DNA from: an uncultured Actinomycetota bacterium
GTDB taxonomy: Bacteria > Actinomycetota > Actinomycetes > JAHEKZ01
Length of the DNA: 64,000 bases
Assembly (NCBI GenBank): GCA_963718235.1
Contig: CAVQYR010000001.1
Location: forward strand, 1,024,001-1,088,000
Direction: 5' to 3'
Positions 14,591 to 24,939 of this stretch are shown here, one piece after another. A program made the translations under genes and the position numbers. The notes under the pieces are model-generated. The model made no database searches. It had not been told where the DNA came from and saw nothing but the letters and a program-made list of their open reading frames with translations. The first letter of the stretch is position 1, and each line of letters opens with the position of its first letter.

Positions 14591-15646
14591 CTATGGGTTG
14601 ATCGTGACGATCGACCCGTCCTCCAACGCGTTGACCGCCGCGTAGAGCTTGCCGTTGGCGTACTCCAGCCCGGCCGGTGTCGGTACCTCGGCGACTGTGG
14701 TCACGACGCCGTCGTGCACCATCGAGATCCGGTTGCCGAACATCTCCGACACGTAGATCCGACCACCGGGTGCGACGGCCAGGTTGGTGGCGCCGAGGAA
14801 CCCCCGGGCCAGCACGCCGAACTCTCCGTCGCCACCGACCCGCATGACGGCCCCGCGGGCGCCGAGGCTTGCGTCCTCGGGGCCACCGGGGAGCAGGCTG
14901 ACCATGAGGAAGCCGAGCTTGGTGACCTCGACATCGGTCGGGACCGGCTCGAAGGCGTACGTCTTGCCGATCACGCAGTCGGGGAGGCCGAACGCCTCAG
15001 CGGCCTCGGCCGTGATCGCGGTCTTCTGCGGACGGATGACGATGACGACGCTGATCCGCCCGCGCTTGGTCACGTGCAGGATGTCGTTGCCTCCGGCGTC
15101 GGCGACGTACCAACCGCCGTCACCGTCGTTGGCGATGGCGTACGGGTGGGAGTCGACGAGACCGTTGTACGGGTAGCCGCCAACCTCGGCCGGCACCTGT
15201 GCCGCACACTCCGCGGAGAGGTTCCGGAAACCGTAGACGTTGCGGGCGTCCGGGTTGTGCTTCCTCTCGTAGGCGCCGAGGTTGGCAATCGTGCGTACGG
15301 TGCCGTTGGCGAACCGGCGCTTGAGCAGCGCGATCGGGTGCTCCTCGTCGCCGCCGGTGAAGGTGTAGGTGACGTCGTAGCCGTTCGAGGCGACGCCGGC
15401 GACCTCGCCGGGCTCGGCCACGAGGTCCTTGGTCGTGCCGTTGGGACGGACCTTGGTGAGCAGCCCGGCGAACGACTGGCCGGTGTAGATCTGGCCGTCG
15501 GACCCGACGTCGATCTGCAGTGGGCCGGCCAGGCCCGAGACGATCGGCTCGGAGGGGACGGCGGTGGCCCACGACGGGGCCGTGGTGGCGACGGCTAGGG
15601 CGGACACGGCAGCAGTCGCGATCAGTGCGGTGCGCAAACCTCTCAT
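14591..15646 (-). CDS. Secreted ScyD/ScyE-family beta-propeller protein
   Basis: Signal peptide MRGLRTALIATAAV; DSHPYA, YVADAGGNDIL, EPVPTDV, SLLPGGPE motifs. Confidence 0.8.
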   Translation of the reverse strand: MRGLRTALIATAAVSALAVATTAPSWATAVPSEPIVSGLAGPLQIDVGSDGQIYTGQSFAGLLTKVRPNGTTKDLVAEPGEVAGVASNGYDVTYTFTGGDEEHPIALLKRRFANGTVRTIANLGAYERKHNPDARNVYGFRNLSAECAAQVPAEVGGYPYNGLVDSHPYAIANDGDGGWYVADAGGNDILHVTKRGRISVVIVIRPQKTAITAEAAEAFGLPDCVIGKTYAFEPVPTDVEVTKLGFLMVSLLPGGPEDASLGARGAVMRVGGDGEFGVLARGFLGATNLAVAPGGRIYVSEMFGNRISMVHDGVVTTVAEVPTPAGLEYANGKLYAAVNALEDGSIVTINP

Positions 15647-15809
15647 GTGATCTACCCCCGTAGATGCTCGGGATGTGATGGTCGAATGCTGGCACTGCTC
15701 GACTGCCCTGGCCTGACCACGAGTGACCAACTTGGGTGCCCAGGAAGGGCCATGGCGGGGGCAGGGTGCGGTGCGGGGGTTCTCTCTGTTCGGTCGGTAG
15801 GCTGCTCCC

Positions 15810-16619
15810 GTGACGGACGCTCCGATCGGCATCTTCGACAGCGGCGTCGGCGGCCTCACGGTGGCGCGGGCCGTCACCGACCTCCTCCCTCACGAGGAGG
15901 TCCTGTACGTCGGGGACACCGCGCGGGGCCCCTACGGCCCCCGCCCGATCGCCGAGGTGCGCGCCTACGCCCTCGAGGTGATGGACCACCTGGTCGAGCA
16001 GAACGTGAAGCTCCTGGTGATCGCGTGCAACAGCGCCAGTGCGGCGGTCCTGCGCGACGCCCGCGAGCGGTACGCGGTGCCTGTCGTCGAGGTGATCCAG
16101 CCGGCTGTGCGACGCGCCGTGCATGCGACCCGCAACGGGCACGTGGGTGTGATCGGCACCCAGGCCACGATCACCAGCGGCGCGTACGGTGACGCCTTCG
16201 CCGCGGCCCCGAAGCTGAGGCTGACCCAGCAGGCCTGCCCCCGGTTCGTCGACTACGTCGAGCGGGGCATCACGGGTGGCCCTGAGCTGATGCGGGTGGC
16301 TCACGACTACCTCGACCCCGTGGTCGCGTCCGGCGTCGACACCCTGGTCCTCGGGTGCACGCACTACCCGCTGCTCGCGGGGGTCATCTCCTACGTCGTG
16401 GGCTATGAGGTGACGCTGGTCTCCAGCGCCGACGAGACGGCCCGCGACGTCTACCGCACGCTGGCCGAGCGTGGCGAGCTGCGCAGCGAGCTGCTCGGCG
16501 AGCCCAAGCACCGGTTCCTCGCCACCGGTGACCCCGAGCCGTTCCGTAGGCTCACGCATCGATTCCTCGGCCCGGAGGCCGGCGTCGTCGAGCGGGCGGA
16601 GGTCGTGGCATGGAGCTGA
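15810..16619 (+). CDS. murI: Glutamate racemase
   Basis: [31 protein letters not shown]. Confidence 0.95.
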   Translation: MTDAPIGIFDSGVGGLTVARAVTDLLPHEEVLYVGDTARGPYGPRPIAEVRAYALEVMDHLVEQNVKLLVIACNSASAAVLRDARERYAVPVVEVIQPAVRRAVHATRNGHVGVIGTQATITSGAYGDAFAAAPKLRLTQQACPRFVDYVERGITGGPELMRVAHDYLDPVVASGVDTLVLGCTHYPLLAGVISYVVGYEVTLVSSADETARDVYRTLAERGELRSELLGEPKHRFLATGDPEPFRRLTHRFLGPEAGVVERAEVVAWS

Positions 16620-17362
16620 CGGTCGTGGGGTGCACGGGAAGCATGCCGGGCCCGGAGTCGCCGGCGTCCTGTTATCTCGTCCAGCACGAGGGCTACTCGC
16701 TGCTGCTCGACCTGGGCAACGGCTCACTGGGCGCGCTGATGCGGCACCTAGACATCCGCACGATCGACGCGATCGTGCTGAGCCACCTGCACGCGGACCA
16801 CTGCATCGACGTGACCTCGTTGTACGTGGCGCGCAAGTACGGCGGGCTGAGTGACGGTGGCCGACTTCCGGTCCTCGGACCACACGACACAGCCGACCGG
16901 ATGGCGCGGGTCTACGACCTGCCGCCGCGCCCGGGCATGACCGAGGAGTTCGACTTCGCCGACCTTCCACCGGAGACCGAGCTGGGGCCGTTTCGGATCC
17001 GCAGCGCGCGGATGGCCCACCCGGTCGAGGCGTATGCGGTTCGGGTCGACTGCGGCGAGGCGTCGTTGGCCTACACCGGTGACACCGGCCCGAACGACCG
17101 GCTGACGCCGTTGGCAGCGGGAGCCGGGGTGCTCTTGGCCGAGGCCTCGTTCGTCGACGGCGTGCAGAACCCGGTAGACCTGCACCTGACTGGGCGCCAG
17201 GCGGGTGAGGCCGCGCGCGACGCCGCGGTCGGACAGCTGGTCGTCACGCATGTGCCCCCGTGGAACGACGGGCACCGCGCGGTGGCCGAGGCGGCAGACG
17301 TGTACGAGGGCCCGATCGCGCTGGCTCACTCCGGGCTGAGGCTGCCGGTCGAGGGCCGGTAG
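16610..17362 (+). CDS. MBL-fold metallohydrolase (RNase Z/phosphodiesterase-like)
   Basis: SHLHADH, YTGDTG, HLT, THVPPW; conserved murI-MBL-rph-rdgB order. Confidence 0.88.
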   Translation: MELTVVGCTGSMPGPESPASCYLVQHEGYSLLLDLGNGSLGALMRHLDIRTIDAIVLSHLHADHCIDVTSLYVARKYGGLSDGGRLPVLGPHDTADRMARVYDLPPRPGMTEEFDFADLPPETELGPFRIRSARMAHPVEAYAVRVDCGEASLAYTGDTGPNDRLTPLAAGAGVLLAEASFVDGVQNPVDLHLTGRQAGEAARDAAVGQLVVTHVPPWNDGHRAVAEAADVYEGPIALAHSGLRLPVEGR

Positions 17363-17371
17363 CCTCGCCGC

Positions 17372-18106
17372 ATGTCACGCATCGACGGCCGGTCGGCCGC
17401 CCAGCTGCGCCCGGTCACCTTCGAGCGTCACTGGTCCGAGCACGCCGAGGGGTCGGTGCTGGTCTCGTTCGGACGTACGCGCGTGCTGTGCACGGCGTCG
17501 GCCACCCAGGGCGTCCCCCGGTGGCGCAAGGGCAGCGGCCTGGGCTGGATCACCTCCGAGTACGCAATGCTGCCCCGGTCGACGCACACGCGCAGCGACC
17601 GCGAGTCGGTGCGCGGCAAGATCGGGGGCCGCACCCACGAGATCTCCCGGCTCATCGGTCGCTCGCTTCGCGCCGTGGTCGACCTCTCGGCCCTGGGCGA
17701 GAACACGATCGTGCTCGACTGCGACGTGCTGCAGGCCGACGGAGGAACCCGGACCGCAGCCATCACCGGCGCCTACGTTGCCCTGGCCGACGCCGTCACG
17801 TGGCTGAAGGCCAACGCTGCCCTGCCTGCCGACGCGGTCGCGTTGACCGGTTCGGTGGCGGCTGTCTCGGTCGGCATCGTCGAGGGCGAGCCGTTGCTCG
17901 ACCTTCGGTACGAGGAGGACGTCACGGCCGAGACCGACATGAACGTCGTGTGCACAGGCGACGGGCGCTTCGTCGAGGTGCAGGGCACCGCCGAAGGTGA
18001 GCCGTTCGACCGCGCGCTCCTCGACCGGCTGCTCGATCTCGCCTCCACCGGCTGCGCCGAGCTGACCCAGCTGCAGCGGGCGGCCCTGGAGGCAGGCTCG
18101 CCGTGA
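17372..18106 (+). CDS. rph: Ribonuclease PH
   Basis: [48 protein letters not shown]. Confidence 0.96.
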   Translation: MSRIDGRSAAQLRPVTFERHWSEHAEGSVLVSFGRTRVLCTASATQGVPRWRKGSGLGWITSEYAMLPRSTHTRSDRESVRGKIGGRTHEISRLIGRSLRAVVDLSALGENTIVLDCDVLQADGGTRTAAITGAYVALADAVTWLKANAALPADAVALTGSVAAVSVGIVEGEPLLDLRYEEDVTAETDMNVVCTGDGRFVEVQGTAEGEPFDRALLDRLLDLASTGCAELTQLQRAALEAGSP

Positions 18107-18711
18107 CCGCGAAGGTCGTGCTGGCAACACGCAACGCCCACAAGGTCGACGAGCTGCGCCGCATCCTGAACGAGGCGGGCGCCGACGTCGAGCTCGTGGG
18201 TGTCGAGGCCCTCGACGACGTGCCCGAGGTAGCTGAGACCGGGGCGACCTTCGCCGAGAACGCCCTGCTCAAGGCACACGCGGTTGCCGCGGCCACGGGT
18301 CTGCCTGCGGTCGCTGACGACTCGGGCCTGTGCGTCGACGTGCTCGGCGGCATGCCCGGTGTGTTCAGTGCGCGGTGGTCGGGGCAGCACGGTGACGACG
18401 ACGCCAACCTGCAGCTCGTGCTGGCGCAGCTGAGCGACGTGCCGAGCGACCGCCGTTCCGCGCACTTCGCGTGTGCCGCGGCCCTCGCCCTGCCGCGCGG
18501 CGTCGAACGGGTGGCGGAGGGCCGACTCGACGGGGTGCTGACCACGACACCACGGGGCCGCAACGGGTTCGGCTACGACCCGATCTTCGTCCCGGACGGC
18601 GAGCGGCGGACCACCGCCGAGCTGACAGCGGTCGAGAAGGACGCGATCAGCCACCGCGGCCGCGCCTTTCGTGTCCTCAGTGACGCGATCCGGGACCTGG
18701 TCCACGCCTGA
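18103..18711 (+). CDS. rdgB: dITP/XTP pyrophosphatase
   Basis: [38 protein letters not shown]. Confidence 0.95.
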   Translation: MTAKVVLATRNAHKVDELRRILNEAGADVELVGVEALDDVPEVAETGATFAENALLKAHAVAAATGLPAVADDSGLCVDVLGGMPGVFSARWSGQHGDDDANLQLVLAQLSDVPSDRRSAHFACAAALALPRGVERVAEGRLDGVLTTTPRGRNGFGYDPIFVPDGERRTTAELTAVEKDAISHRGRAFRVLSDAIRDLVHA

Positions 18712-18851
18712 GCGACGGGCTCAAGTGGGCCCGACCGCCCTCCAGTCTTGACGTGCTGGATCCTGCGCAGCATCGTGTCGAAACCGCCTCCGACCGTTCG
18801 TGGAGGAGGTGAAGGCGGACACCGTGGTCTGCCAGGTCAGGAGGAGCAGCC

Positions 18852-19220
18852 ATGGCCGAGTACCTCATCTACTTCAACCAGCAGTGGGTGGGTGACCACA
18901 CCGAGGAGTGGTTCCGCGGGCGCGGGCCACTCGCGATGGCGGTCGTCGACGAGATGAAGGCTGCGGGCGTCTGTGTGTTCGCCGGAGGGCTGGAGGAGGA
19001 GGTCGACAAGGCCTTCAGCGCGGACGCGACCAGCGGCGCGTTGGTGTTCACCGACGGACCCTTCGTCGAGACCAAGGAGTACCTGGGCGGGCTCACCGTG
19101 GTGGACGTGGTCGACGAGGAGGCCGCCAGGATGTGGGCCGGCAAGATTGCAGAGGCGTGCGGCTGGCCCCAGGAGGTGCGCCGGTTCGGGGCGATGCCAC
19201 AGGCTGCCGGCAGGACCTGA
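18852..19220 (+). CDS. YciI/DGPF-domain protein
   Basis: FTDGPFVETKEYLGG motif; AGGAGGAG RBS. Confidence 0.88.
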   Translation: MAEYLIYFNQQWVGDHTEEWFRGRGPLAMAVVDEMKAAGVCVFAGGLEEEVDKAFSADATSGALVFTDGPFVETKEYLGGLTVVDVVDEEAARMWAGKIAEACGWPQEVRRFGAMPQAAGRT

Positions 19221-19248
19221 CGCTCGGTCGGCTCACCGATCCGCCAGC

Positions 19249-19860
19249 ATGGTGACCGTGTCGACGACCTCGCCCACTCCACGCGGGCCCGTGGTGCTCA
19301 TCGGCCCTCTCGCCGTCGGCAAGTCGACGGTGAGTGCTGCCCTGGCTTCGCTGGTCGGCGAGAGACTCTGCTCGGTCGACGAGGTCCGATGGCAGTACTT
19401 CGACGAGATCGGGTACGACCGGGAGGAAGCTGGGCGTCGCTACGCCTCGGGGCGGACTCCGGCGGAGAAGCTGGCGTACGGCATGCCGTTCGAGGTGCAC
19501 GCCATCGAGCGGATCATGGCGAGCAGGTCGTTCGGAGTGGTCGACTTCGGTGCCAGCAACTCGGTGTGCGAGGACCCCGTCCAGTTCGCCCGGGTGCAGG
19601 CCGCGTTGTCCGAGGCTCACGTTGTCCTGCTTCTTCCGTCAGAGGACCCTGCGGAGTCGGAGCACATCCTGGCCGGGCGGTTGCAGGCGATCCTGCAGGC
19701 CAAGCACGAAGCCGTCAGCGATGAGCTGCTCGCGCTCAACGCCTACTTCATCCGACATGCTTCCAGTCGTCGCCTGGCGCGAGAGATCGCGTACACGTCA
19801 GGTCGAGGCCCGGCGGCCATCGCCGCCGAGATCGCCGGATCCTACGAAGCCGCGAGATGA
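19249..19860 (+). CDS. P-loop nucleoside/shikimate kinase-like protein
   Basis: VVLIGPLAVGKSTV Walker A; VVDFGA. Confidence 0.65.
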   Translation: MVTVSTTSPTPRGPVVLIGPLAVGKSTVSAALASLVGERLCSVDEVRWQYFDEIGYDREEAGRRYASGRTPAEKLAYGMPFEVHAIERIMASRSFGVVDFGASNSVCEDPVQFARVQAALSEAHVVLLLPSEDPAESEHILAGRLQAILQAKHEAVSDELLALNAYFIRHASSRRLAREIAYTSGRGPAAIAAEIAGSYEAAR

Positions 19861-19906
19861 GGCACGGGCGGGTGATCCGCTGCGCAGGGCCGCCTCCGGA
19901 GTCGGG

Positions 19907-19988
19907 TGCGGAAGGGGGGACTTGAACCCCCACGCCCGAAGGCACAGGTGCCTAAGACCTGCGCGTCTACCTGTTCCGCCACTTCCGC
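19907..19988 (-). tRNA. tRNA-Leu(TAG)
   Basis: GCGGAAGTGGCGGAACAGGTAGACGCGCAGGTCTTAGGCACCTG...GGTTCAAGTCCC; long variable arm. Confidence 0.95.
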
Positions 19989-20040
19989 GTCGGCAGCGAC
20001 TGTATCCGTTCGTCCACACCTGCTCCCGGGGCCCGGATTC

Positions 20041-20062
20041 TGTCGGTGCTGTCTACTAGAAT
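20041..20062 (+). promoter_or_regulatory. RecA-NDp (PafBC-dependent) promoter motif
   Basis: TGTCGG-tgctgtctac-TA-gaa-T is an exact match to TGTCGG-N10-TA-N3-T. Confidence 0.75.
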
Positions 20063-20077
20063 CGAACGTATGTTCGA
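20062..20077. promoter_or_regulatory. LexA (SOS) box
   Basis: TCGAAC-GTAT-GTTCGA, the actinobacterial consensus, overlapping the ATG at 20070. Confidence 0.85.
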
Positions 20078-21510
20078 GCCGAGGACCACCGATGGGCCTA
20101 CCGGGCCATCGCGTGCTGCCCTCGGTCTCGCGATCCCCAGCGAGGTACCGGACTGGATGGTCGAAGCTGTCGAAGCAGTCGAGGCGCAGGGGAGCGACCC
20201 AGTCAGCGGAACGGACGACGAGGCTGATCGGTGCGCGGCGGAGGCGGCCGCGATGGCTCCCGGTGCCGAGTCAGCACGGCTCATCGCGCAGGTGACTACG
20301 GGCGAGCTGTCCGAGCAGGGCCGGGTCAACTTCGCCGTCGCGTGCGAGCGGCTCGCGGCCTGGGCGTCGGCTCGACAGCTTCCCGCGGTGGTTGACCACG
20401 TCGGACGTGACGTCGAGCCAGACCGGACAGGCAACGAGCGCCGGTTCCTCGACCAGGCATGCTGGTTCACCGAGCTGCAGGTGTCGCTCAACCTCTCCGA
20501 GACGGCCTTCCGGTCGAGGCTGGAGATGGCCCGTGCCCTCACCGGCCGGCTGTCCCGCACGTACGCGGCATTCCTGGCCGGTGAGCTCTCGTACATGCAC
20601 GTCCGGGCGATCGTCGAGACCCTCGACGAGGCGAACGATGTCCACGCCGCCGCCGCTGAGGAGCGGATCCTGGGCCGCGCGTCCGGCAAGACGATCGGTG
20701 AGCTGCGTCGCCTGGCCCGCAACACCGTCGACCGGATCGATGCTGAGGCTGCGGCACGACGTCATGCCCGAGCCTCCAAGGAGCGCAGCGTCGAGCGGTG
20801 GAGCGAGCCCGACGGGGTCGCGGCACTCTGCGTTCGCGGCCCGGCGCCGGACGTCGAGGCGATCTGGGCTGCGCTCTGCGGTGCTCGCCGGGCCGCGCGA
20901 GTCTGACGACCCACGCCGGATCGGAGCACGACGGTTCGACGCCCTGCTCGGCCTGTGCCTGGGGGCGGTCGCCCCGCGCGACCACGCGCAGGCGTCGGCT
21001 GAGGCGACGTCGCCGAGCACCCCGGTCCAGGCGCAGATCGTGATCGACCTCGCCACGCTGCTCGAGCTGGCAGACAACCCCTGCGAGCTGCGCGGGTACG
21101 GAACCATCCCCGCAGCAGTCGCCCGTGGCTGGCTCCAGCAGGCGGACACCTGGCGCCGCCTGGTCACCGACCCGGTGCAGGGGCACCTGCTCGACTTCGG
21201 CCCGGTGGTCCGGTTCGCCCCGCCCAAGCTGCAGCGCTTCATCGCCGTCCGCGACCAGACCTGCACGTTTCCGCAGTGCCGGCAGCCCGCTCGTCGCTGT
21301 GACCTCGACCATGACCCACCGTGGCGACCCGACGGCGATGGAGGCTCCGCCAGCGCCGAGCAGATGGCCGTGCTGTGCCGGCGACACCATCGGCTCAAGA
21401 CCCACGGTGGGTGGTCGGTCGAGCGCCGGGCTGATGGAGACACCGTGTGGATCAGCCCAGGTGGACGACGGTTCACCACGCTCGCGCCGCCGGTGCTCAC
21501 CGATCATTGA
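20070..21510 (+). CDS. DUF222 + HNH endonuclease (13E12-repeat-like), frameshift near 20880
   Basis: N-terminal half in ORF 20046-20906; C-terminal half with RFDAL, WRRLVTDP, RDQTCTFPQC...CDLDH...LCRRHHRLKTHGGW in ORF ending 21510. Confidence 0.85.
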
Positions 21511-21528
21511 CCGGGCGCTGGCACGCCC

Positions 21529-22704
21529 TCAGCCGAGGCGGCGTCCGGCGGTGAGCATCCAGACCGACGCGCCCATGGCGGCAACGCCCGACACGACAAG
21601 TGGCACCACGCCGCCACCGGGGCCGAGCTCCCAGGCCAGACCGGCCCACAGCCCGGCGAGCAGCACTGCGCCGCCGGACAGGCCCTGGAAGACCCCCTGG
21701 GCATGGCCGCGCACGGTCGGTGAGACCAGCGAGGTGATCCAGGCCTTGCCGACGCCGTCGGTGAACCCGTTGAACCCGCCGTAGACCGCCATCAGGGCGA
21801 AGACCACCCAGCCACCGTCGACGAGGCCCAGCCCGAGGTAGCCGATCGCGAAGCAGACCAGGCCCAACGCGTACACCCTCGACCGCGGCCACCGGTCGGA
21901 CAGCGCTCCGGCCGGGTACGACACGGCGGAGTAGACGAGGTTGTAGACGACGTACGCGGCGACCACGGCCGTCGCCGAGAAGCCGAGCTCACTGACCCGC
22001 AGCAGGATGAGGGCGTCGGGAAAGTTCACGACCGCGATGATGACGAGCACCACGGTGACCCGTTTGAACCCGCTCGGCAGGGGTTCGCGGATCTTCGCCC
22101 GGAGGCCGGCGTCCTCGCGGACCAACGACGCCGGCTGCTCCTCGCGGGCGAAACCGACCAGCAGCACGCTGAGGACCGCCGGGATGACGGCGATCCACAG
22201 CGTGAGGCGAATGTTGTCGTTGGTCCCGGCGAGGACCGCCAGCGCGACCAGCGGACCGATCACGGCTCCGGCGGTGTCGGCAGCCCGGTGGAACCCGAAG
22301 ACCCGCCCCAGCTCGCTGTGCGGCACTCCCTCGGCGAGCAGGGCGTCGCGCGGTGCACCCCTGATTCCCTTGCCGAGCCGGTCGACGACCCGACCCACCA
22401 GCACGATCGGCCACACCGCCGCAGCGGCCACGATGACCTTTCCCACTGCAGCCATCGCGTAGCCGGTGGTGACCAAGGGCTTGCGTCCGACCCGGTCGGA
22501 GTACTTGCCGGACAGGTACTTGGTCAGCGCGGCAGCACCCTCAGCCACCCCTTCGATCACGCCGACGACGGCGGCCGGGGCGCCCAGCACCACGGTGAGC
22601 AGCAGGGGGAGCAGCGGGTAGAGCAGCTCGCTGGCAGCGTCCTGGGCCAGCGAGACGGCCGAGAGGACACCGACGTTTCGAGTGAGCCACCGCGGACGAC
22701 GCAC
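21529..22704 (-). CDS. MFS transporter
   Basis: About 12 hydrophobic segments; SDRVGRKP, DRLGKGIRGAPRDALL. Confidence 0.88.
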   Translation of the reverse strand: MRRPRWLTRNVGVLSAVSLAQDAASELLYPLLPLLLTVVLGAPAAVVGVIEGVAEGAAALTKYLSGKYSDRVGRKPLVTTGYAMAAVGKVIVAAAAVWPIVLVGRVVDRLGKGIRGAPRDALLAEGVPHSELGRVFGFHRAADTAGAVIGPLVALAVLAGTNDNIRLTLWIAVIPAVLSVLLVGFAREEQPASLVREDAGLRAKIREPLPSGFKRVTVVLVIIAVVNFPDALILLRVSELGFSATAVVAAYVVYNLVYSAVSYPAGALSDRWPRSRVYALGLVCFAIGYLGLGLVDGGWVVFALMAVYGGFNGFTDGVGKAWITSLVSPTVRGHAQGVFQGLSGGAVLLAGLWAGLAWELGPGGGVVPLVVSGVAAMGASVWMLTAGRRLG

Positions 22705-22740
22705 GCGGCGAACCTACCGCCCCCGCGCGCGGAGACCCGA

Positions 22741-23232
22741 CTACGTGTCGAGCCCGAGGTCCCTGCGCAGCTTGGCCACGTGACCGGTGGCCTTGACGTT
22801 GTACTGCGCGACCTCGACGGTCGCCTTGCCTTTGGCGTCGACCGAGACGACGAACGTCGACCGGATCACGCCGGTGACCTTCTTGCCGTACATCATCTTC
22901 TCGCCGAAGGCGGCGTACGCCTGCATCACGGCCCGGTCGGGGTCGGACAGCAGCGGGAACGTCAGGCCGTCCTTGTCGCGGAACTTCGCGAGCTTGGCCG
23001 GCTGGTCGGGCGAGATGCCGAGCACGACGTAGCCGGCACCCTGCAGCGAGGCAAGGTTGTCGCGGAAGTCGCAGGCCTGCGTGGTGCAGCCCGGGGTCAT
23101 CGCAGCCGGGTAGAAGTAGACGATGACGCGGCGGCCCGTGAAGTCGCTCAGGCTGACCGACTGCTCGTGGTCGTCGAGCAGGGTGAACGCCGGGGCCGTC
23201 TCGCCAGCGGTCAACCGGTGGGCTTCGCTCAC
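22741..23232 (-). CDS. bcp: Thioredoxin-dependent thiol peroxidase BCP
   Basis: YFYPAAMTPGCTTQACDFRD, YGKKVTGVIRSTF, YNVKATGHV. Confidence 0.93.
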   Translation of the reverse strand: MSEAHRLTAGETAPAFTLLDDHEQSVSLSDFTGRRVIVYFYPAAMTPGCTTQACDFRDNLASLQGAGYVVLGISPDQPAKLAKFRDKDGLTFPLLSDPDRAVMQAYAAFGEKMMYGKKVTGVIRSTFVVSVDAKGKATVEVAQYNVKATGHVAKLRRDLGLDT

Positions 23233-24149
23233 ACTTGCTCCTTGGTCGAGGTGGGGTGCAACGTCACGGTCGGGCCGGCCGGAAGGGCCAGCTCGTCGTG
23301 GTCGTCCAAGCCTGCCGTACGCCGCAGCCCCCGAAGGCCCGTGACCATCAGCACGATCACGAACAGCGTGGCACTGGTGAGCACGATCATCGTGCCCGAC
23401 GGGACGGCGGCGTAGTAGCTGGCATACATGCCGACGAACCCGCTGATCGCGCCGATCACCGTCGACAGCACGAGCATCCGGGCGAACCGCTGGGTCAGCA
23501 TGCGGGCCACCACGGCCGGGATCACGAGCATGGCAGCCACGAGGGTGACACCGATCACGGTCAGGGTGGCGAGGATGGCCAAGGAGAGCACGAGCATCAG
23601 CAGGGCGTCGATTCGGGCCACGTTCACGCCCGACGCCTGAGCCACCTCGGGGTCGAAGGTGGTGAAGAGCAGCTGCCGGTAGCGGAAGAAGACGATGACC
23701 CCGGTGAGGACGGCGATCCCCGACAGGCCGATGATCTGCCCCGGCGAGATGCCGAGGATCGAGCCGAAGATCGCCGCGTCGAAGGACGGGCCGGTGCCGT
23801 TGAAGCGCACAAGCAACGCCACACCGAGAGCGAACGACGCAGTCGTGATCACCCCGATTGCTGCGTCGGCGCCGATCCGGTACTTGCGGGTGACCCAGCT
23901 GATCCCCAGCGCCGAGGCGAGACCCCACACCCCGGCCCCGAGAAAGACGAATGACGCGTTGAACAGCTGGGCAGCGGCGAACCCGCCGAAGATGGCGTGC
24001 GACAGCCCATGGCCGATGTAGCTCATGCCGCGCAGGGTGATGTACACCCCGATGAACCCGAGCAGCCCACCGGACAAGGTTGCGACGATCAGACCCTTGA
24101 CGAAGAACTCGTAGCTCAAGGGGTCGACCAGCTGCTCCCAGAGGTTCAT
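23229..24149 (-). CDS. Zn/Mn ABC transporter permease
   Basis: GMSYIGHGLSHAIFGG, DAAIG, FGSILG, TFDP. Confidence 0.9.
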   Translation of the reverse strand: MNLWEQLVDPLSYEFFVKGLIVATLSGGLLGFIGVYITLRGMSYIGHGLSHAIFGGFAAAQLFNASFVFLGAGVWGLASALGISWVTRKYRIGADAAIGVITTASFALGVALLVRFNGTGPSFDAAIFGSILGISPGQIIGLSGIAVLTGVIVFFRYRQLLFTTFDPEVAQASGVNVARIDALLMLVLSLAILATLTVIGVTLVAAMLVIPAVVARMLTQRFARMLVLSTVIGAISGFVGMYASYYAAVPSGTMIVLTSATLFVIVLMVTGLRGLRRTAGLDDHDELALPAGPTVTLHPTSTKEQV

Positions 24150-24156
24150 CGTCGGG

Positions 24157-24939
24157 TCACGACACCTGCCGCGCCGCGGCAGCCTCGTAGTCGTCGACCA
24201 CGACCGGCATGCCCAGGTGCTGCAGGACATCCATCCGAGCGCCGAACGTGTGCTCCAGGACCTGTGGCGTGATGACCTCGACGGGAGTTCCCTCGGCCAC
24301 GATGCGACGGTTCACGCAGACGAGGTGCGGGAGATGGGCGGCCATGCCGTTGAGGTCGTGGGTGGTCAGCACGATCGACAGTCCGTCCTCGTGCAGCTCC
24401 TGCAACAGGTGCAGCAGGTCGTGTCGGGTGCTGACGTCGACGCCGGACGTCGGCTCGTCGAGCACGAGCAGGGCCGGCTCACGCAGCAGTGCCCTGGCGA
24501 TGAACATCCGTTGCTGCTGCCCCCCGCTCAGCTCACGGATGTGACGCCCACTGAGGTCGTGGAGTCCGAGCCGGTCGAGCATGGCGTCGACCATGGTCTT
24601 CTCGGCCCGACTGGCCCAGGGCAGGAGGCGGTGCTCGGTGCGCGACATGAGCACGCACTCGCTGACCGAGACGGGAAAGTTCCAGTTCACCGTCTCCAGC
24701 TGCGGGACGTAGGCCACGCGAGTTCCGGGCGTGCGGGTGACCGTGCCGCGACTGGGCTGCACCGAGCCGAGCAGCGCGCGCAGGAGCGTGGTCTTTCCGG
24801 CGCCCGAGGGCCCGACGATCCCGGTGATCTGGTCGCTGTGGACGTGGAAGTCGACGTCGACCAGCACGGGGCGGCTGTCGTAGGCCACGGTCACGCCGTC
24901 CAGGGACAGCAGCAGCGGCCCGACGCCGGTTCTCGTCAC
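24157..24939 (-). CDS. Zn/Mn ABC transporter ATP-binding protein
   Basis: GPSGAGKTT, LSGGQQQR, LDEPTSGVD, TTHD. Confidence 0.92.
   Translation of the reverse strand: MTRTGVGPLLLSLDGVTVAYDSRPVLVDVDFHVHSDQITGIVGPSGAGKTTLLRALLGSVQPSRGTVTRTPGTRVAYVPQLETVNWNFPVSVSECVLMSRTEHRLLPWASRAEKTMVDAMLDRLGLHDLSGRHIRELSGGQQQRMFIARALLREPALLVLDEPTSGVDVSTRHDLLHLLQELHEDGLSIVLTTHDLNGMAAHLPHLVCVNRRIVAEGTPVEVITPQVLEHTFGARMDVLQHLGMPVVVDDYEAAAARQVS

Noticed and set aside
22741-23928. 395-aa Bcp fusion, and similar N-terminally extended ORFs (pncA 9907-11004, 29047-31008, 33775-35484, 47850-49160)
   Set aside because: The extensions overlap real genes in other frames, reflecting the rarity of stop codons in high-GC DNA.
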